IMG/VR virus record: IMGVR_UViG_3300010885_065725
Origin: a virus
Taxonomy: Duplodnaviria > Heunggongvirae > Uroviricota > Caudoviricetes
Length of the DNA: 27,458 bases
Direction: 5' to 3' (one strand)
In this document: positions 25,309 to 27,458 of the stretch, in pieces
Layout: each line of letters starts with the position of its first letter
How positions within the stretch are numbered: the first letter of the stretch is position 1
Notes under the pieces: generated by a model
The model's input: only the letters and a program-made list of their open reading frames with translations
What the model was told of the DNA's origin: nothing
Database searches by the model: none
Made by a program: the position numbers and the translations under genes

Positions 25309-27457
25309 TTAATTTAATATTTAATATTATTTCCTTATCAAATATTGCATTATATTCTTCCGTAGCAACCAAATTACTTTTCAATATTATTTCTTTATCA
25401 AATATTATATTGTATTGAGTATTTATATCAAACCCAACAAATAATTTTTCTTCATCAAAATATGCAAATAATATACTTTCTGCAGAATAATTATAAATAT
25501 ATTTTGAAATTATGCCATTGCGAACACTAATAGGATTAGAAACTAAACGTATGGATGGTCTATGTTTTCCAACAGATGCAGATATTATTAATGGTGATAT
25601 ACTATTATTTGATATATCAGAATATATCCCTCTACTAATTCTAAATTTAGATTTATTTCCTAATAGTGGTGTCAATGTTGCCAATTCCATTGGCGAATTT
25701 GTTATATTTACTAAAATAGGATTTGATTGTAAATTATAATTTATTTTAGTAGATATTGCTCCATTTCTAACAGTCGCAGAAACACCTTTTATCTCTATAT
25801 AAACATTATTTCCAATGATTCCATAATTTATATATGAATTCAATATTGTCTTGGATATTAAGGTTCTAATATTTTTTTGATCTATTCTTCCTGCAGAAGA
25901 AGAAATAATTTTTCCTGATATACTATTATTGTATATATGTGGAGAAACATTTCCAGCAATAGAAATTATTTCTGCAGGAGTTTTTTTGTAATAATTTTCT
26001 GAATATAAAAAATCTGCATAATATGTATTACTTAATATTTTATATTCTTGATGATATAATCTTTCAACAGTAGAAACTTTTATAATAGTTTCAAAGGCAG
26101 AAGGCGCATATGGATATTCTGCATAGTACGGATCTGCATAATATGTCCCATCAAATGCTCTTTCTATTACTACCTTTAATTCACCGAGAGTAGCAAATGC
26201 TGTCTGTCCTCTAACTCCTGCAGATAAAAAATTAAAATTTGCAGAAATAGCAATACCATTTAATCCGATACTATTAGAATTTTTTATTTCTCCTACAATA
26301 GAATCAAATTTATTTCCTGTAATAGATATACTTAGTTGTACATTATTACTATTTGTAGATATTGTATTACCGAATAATTCATTACTTAAAATAGGTCGTC
26401 TAAGTAATCCTATATTATTGTTAATTTGATATGCACCAAATTCTTTTTCTATTTTTGTAGTTATTGCTCCTATTCCGGAAGTTGTATATATTCCTGTTAT
26501 AGGTTTTGTTGGTATTAAATTGTTTAATGATGAATTTATTGCATATTTAGATATTTCAAAAGAAATATTAGAAACCGGAGATCCTAAATTAATTGCAGAA
26601 GAAATTTTATTTATAGATATAGAAGTACCAAGAACATTTTTTATAGCTGTTATTGATATTCCTACCAATTCTTTAGAAATTTCTACAGGTAATATGCCTA
26701 ATAATACATCAATTTTTGCTGCATATATTTTTCCATCAAATCTTCCTTGTGTTGATGTAATTATAATACCAGACTGTTCTTTTTGGATATTTGTTCTTAA
26801 AAATCCTGTTGTTGTTGTTATTGGGTCAATATTTATAGATTTTTCTTGCCCAAAAATACCAGAAGAAATTTGTGATCTATTTCCTGCCAGAGCTTTAATA
26901 GTAAGAGGAGTTCCAGTAATAATTCCTATATTAGTAGATATAGAAATTCCACTTAATGAATTTAGTAATATACCTGATGCAGCAGTTATTGAATGTGAAT
27001 TGTATATATATATGGGATTTACATATATCGGATCTACATATACACGATCTTTTAAAAGTGTTTCAATATTTGCAACAATATTTCCGATATTAGATGATAT
27101 TAATTTTCCTACAATTTGTTGTGGAAAACTATATTGATTTGCCTGTATACCAATTCCATATAGTGTACTAGATATATCAATAGGAATATTTGTAGCAATA
27201 GTAGAAGTTATTTTATTTGGTAATAATTCAAAAGATATTTTGGACAATATATCCTTATAATATGCATTAAATAAATTTCCTGTTAAAGTGTTTTGAATAT
27301 CAATTCCAGGATTATTTCCTATATTAGAAGATATTGCAATACCAGAAGAAATATTATATGTATATGTATTACCTGATTTTGTTGGAGATCCTAATGCAGA
27401 AGATATTGCAATACCAGAAGAAATATTATATGTATATGCATTGCCTGAATTTGTTGC
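25304..27457 (-). CDS. Large Ile/Ser/Gly/Asn-rich repetitive structural (fibre-like) protein, 5' end outside window
   Basis: The frame stays open from TTG 27247 to the window edge (ATNSGNAYTYNISSGIAISSALGSPTK...), so the ORF is at least 717 aa. Confidence 0.7.
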   Translation of the reverse strand, partial: ATNSGNAYTYNISSGIAISSALGSPTKSGNTYTYNISSGIAISSNIGNNPGIDIQNTLTGNLFNAYYKDILSKISFELLPNKITSTIATNIPIDISSTLYGIGIQANQYSFPQQIVGKLISSNIGNIVANIETLLKDRVYVDPIYVNPIYIYNSHSITAASGILLNSLSGISISTNIGIITGTPLTIKALAGNRSQISSGIFGQEKSINIDPITTTTGFLRTNIQKEQSGIIITSTQGRFDGKIYAAKIDVLLGILPVEISKELVGISITAIKNVLGTSISINKISSAINLGSPVSNISFEISKYAINSSLNNLIPTKPITGIYTTSGIGAITTKIEKEFGAYQINNNIGLLRRPILSNELFGNTISTNSNNVQLSISITGNKFDSIVGEIKNSNSIGLNGIAISANFNFLSAGVRGQTAFATLGELKVVIERAFDGTYYADPYYAEYPYAPSAFETIIKVSTVERLYHQEYKILSNTYYADFLYSENYYKKTPAEIISIAGNVSPHIYNNSISGKIISSSAGRIDQKNIRTLISKTILNSYINYGIIGNNVYIEIKGVSATVRNGAISTKINYNLQSNPILVNITNSPMELATLTPLLGNKSKFRISRGIYSDISNNSISPLIISASVGKHRPSIRLVSNPISVRNGIISKYIYNYSAESILFAYFDEEKLFVGFDINTQYNIIFDKEIILKSNLVATEEYNAIFDKEIILNIKLI
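25321..25416 (-). repeat. Coding 60 bp-period duplication (YNxIFDKEIIL x2)
   Basis: Near-identical 36 nt blocks at 25321 and 25381. Confidence 0.8.
27326..27438 (-). repeat. Coding 72 bp-period tandem repeat (YTYNISSGIAISS x2)
   Basis: Identical 41 nt at 27326-27366 and 27398-27438. Confidence 0.9.
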
Positions 27458-27458
27458 A

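Noticed and set aside
26520-27137. 205 aa + strand ORF and other short antisense/overlapping ORFs in the track
   Set aside because: Shadow frames of well-supported genes, with no SD or motifs.
27326-27438. CRISPR array
   Set aside because: Only two copies, the intervening sequence is also similar, and the period is 24 codons within an open frame.
1-27458. Every TATAAATA as a promoter
   Set aside because: At roughly 35% A and 35% T, about 6 per strand are expected by chance, so only intergenic or context-supported copies are listed, at moderate confidence.
1-27458. tRNA or rRNA genes
   Set aside because: Intergenic gaps are short and AT-rich; no cloverleaf or TTCGAATC-type arm was seen.

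Overview
AT-rich segment of a large T4-like (myovirus-type) phage genome in the standard genetic code. The + strand (1-19982) carries replication and nucleotide-metabolism genes: gp62 end, regA, hsp20, mazG, uvsX, gp41, gp33, gp61, thyX, nrdB, nrdA, rnh and two tandem sigma factors. The - strand (19974-27458) carries morphogenesis genes: RuvC-like nuclease, gp16, gp15, gp14, gp13 and structural proteins. Main points: (1) uvsX and nrdA are each broken into two ORFs carrying the halves of a split intein, so both proteins should be assembled by protein trans-splicing. nrdA is split around an antisense HNH endonuclease and has a second, contiguous mini-intein; both nrdA inteins sit on catalytic cysteines. 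(2) Two coupled genes between gp14 and gp15 start with T4 internal-protein-like capsid-targeting peptides and resemble the two domains of the DNA-phosphorothioation-associated methyltransferase, suggesting virion-delivered enzymes. (3) A heat-shock-like set: an RpoH-box sigma factor, a second sigma paralog, and hsp20 with a ROSE-like RNA thermometer. All family assignments come from motif recognition by eye; no database search was run.
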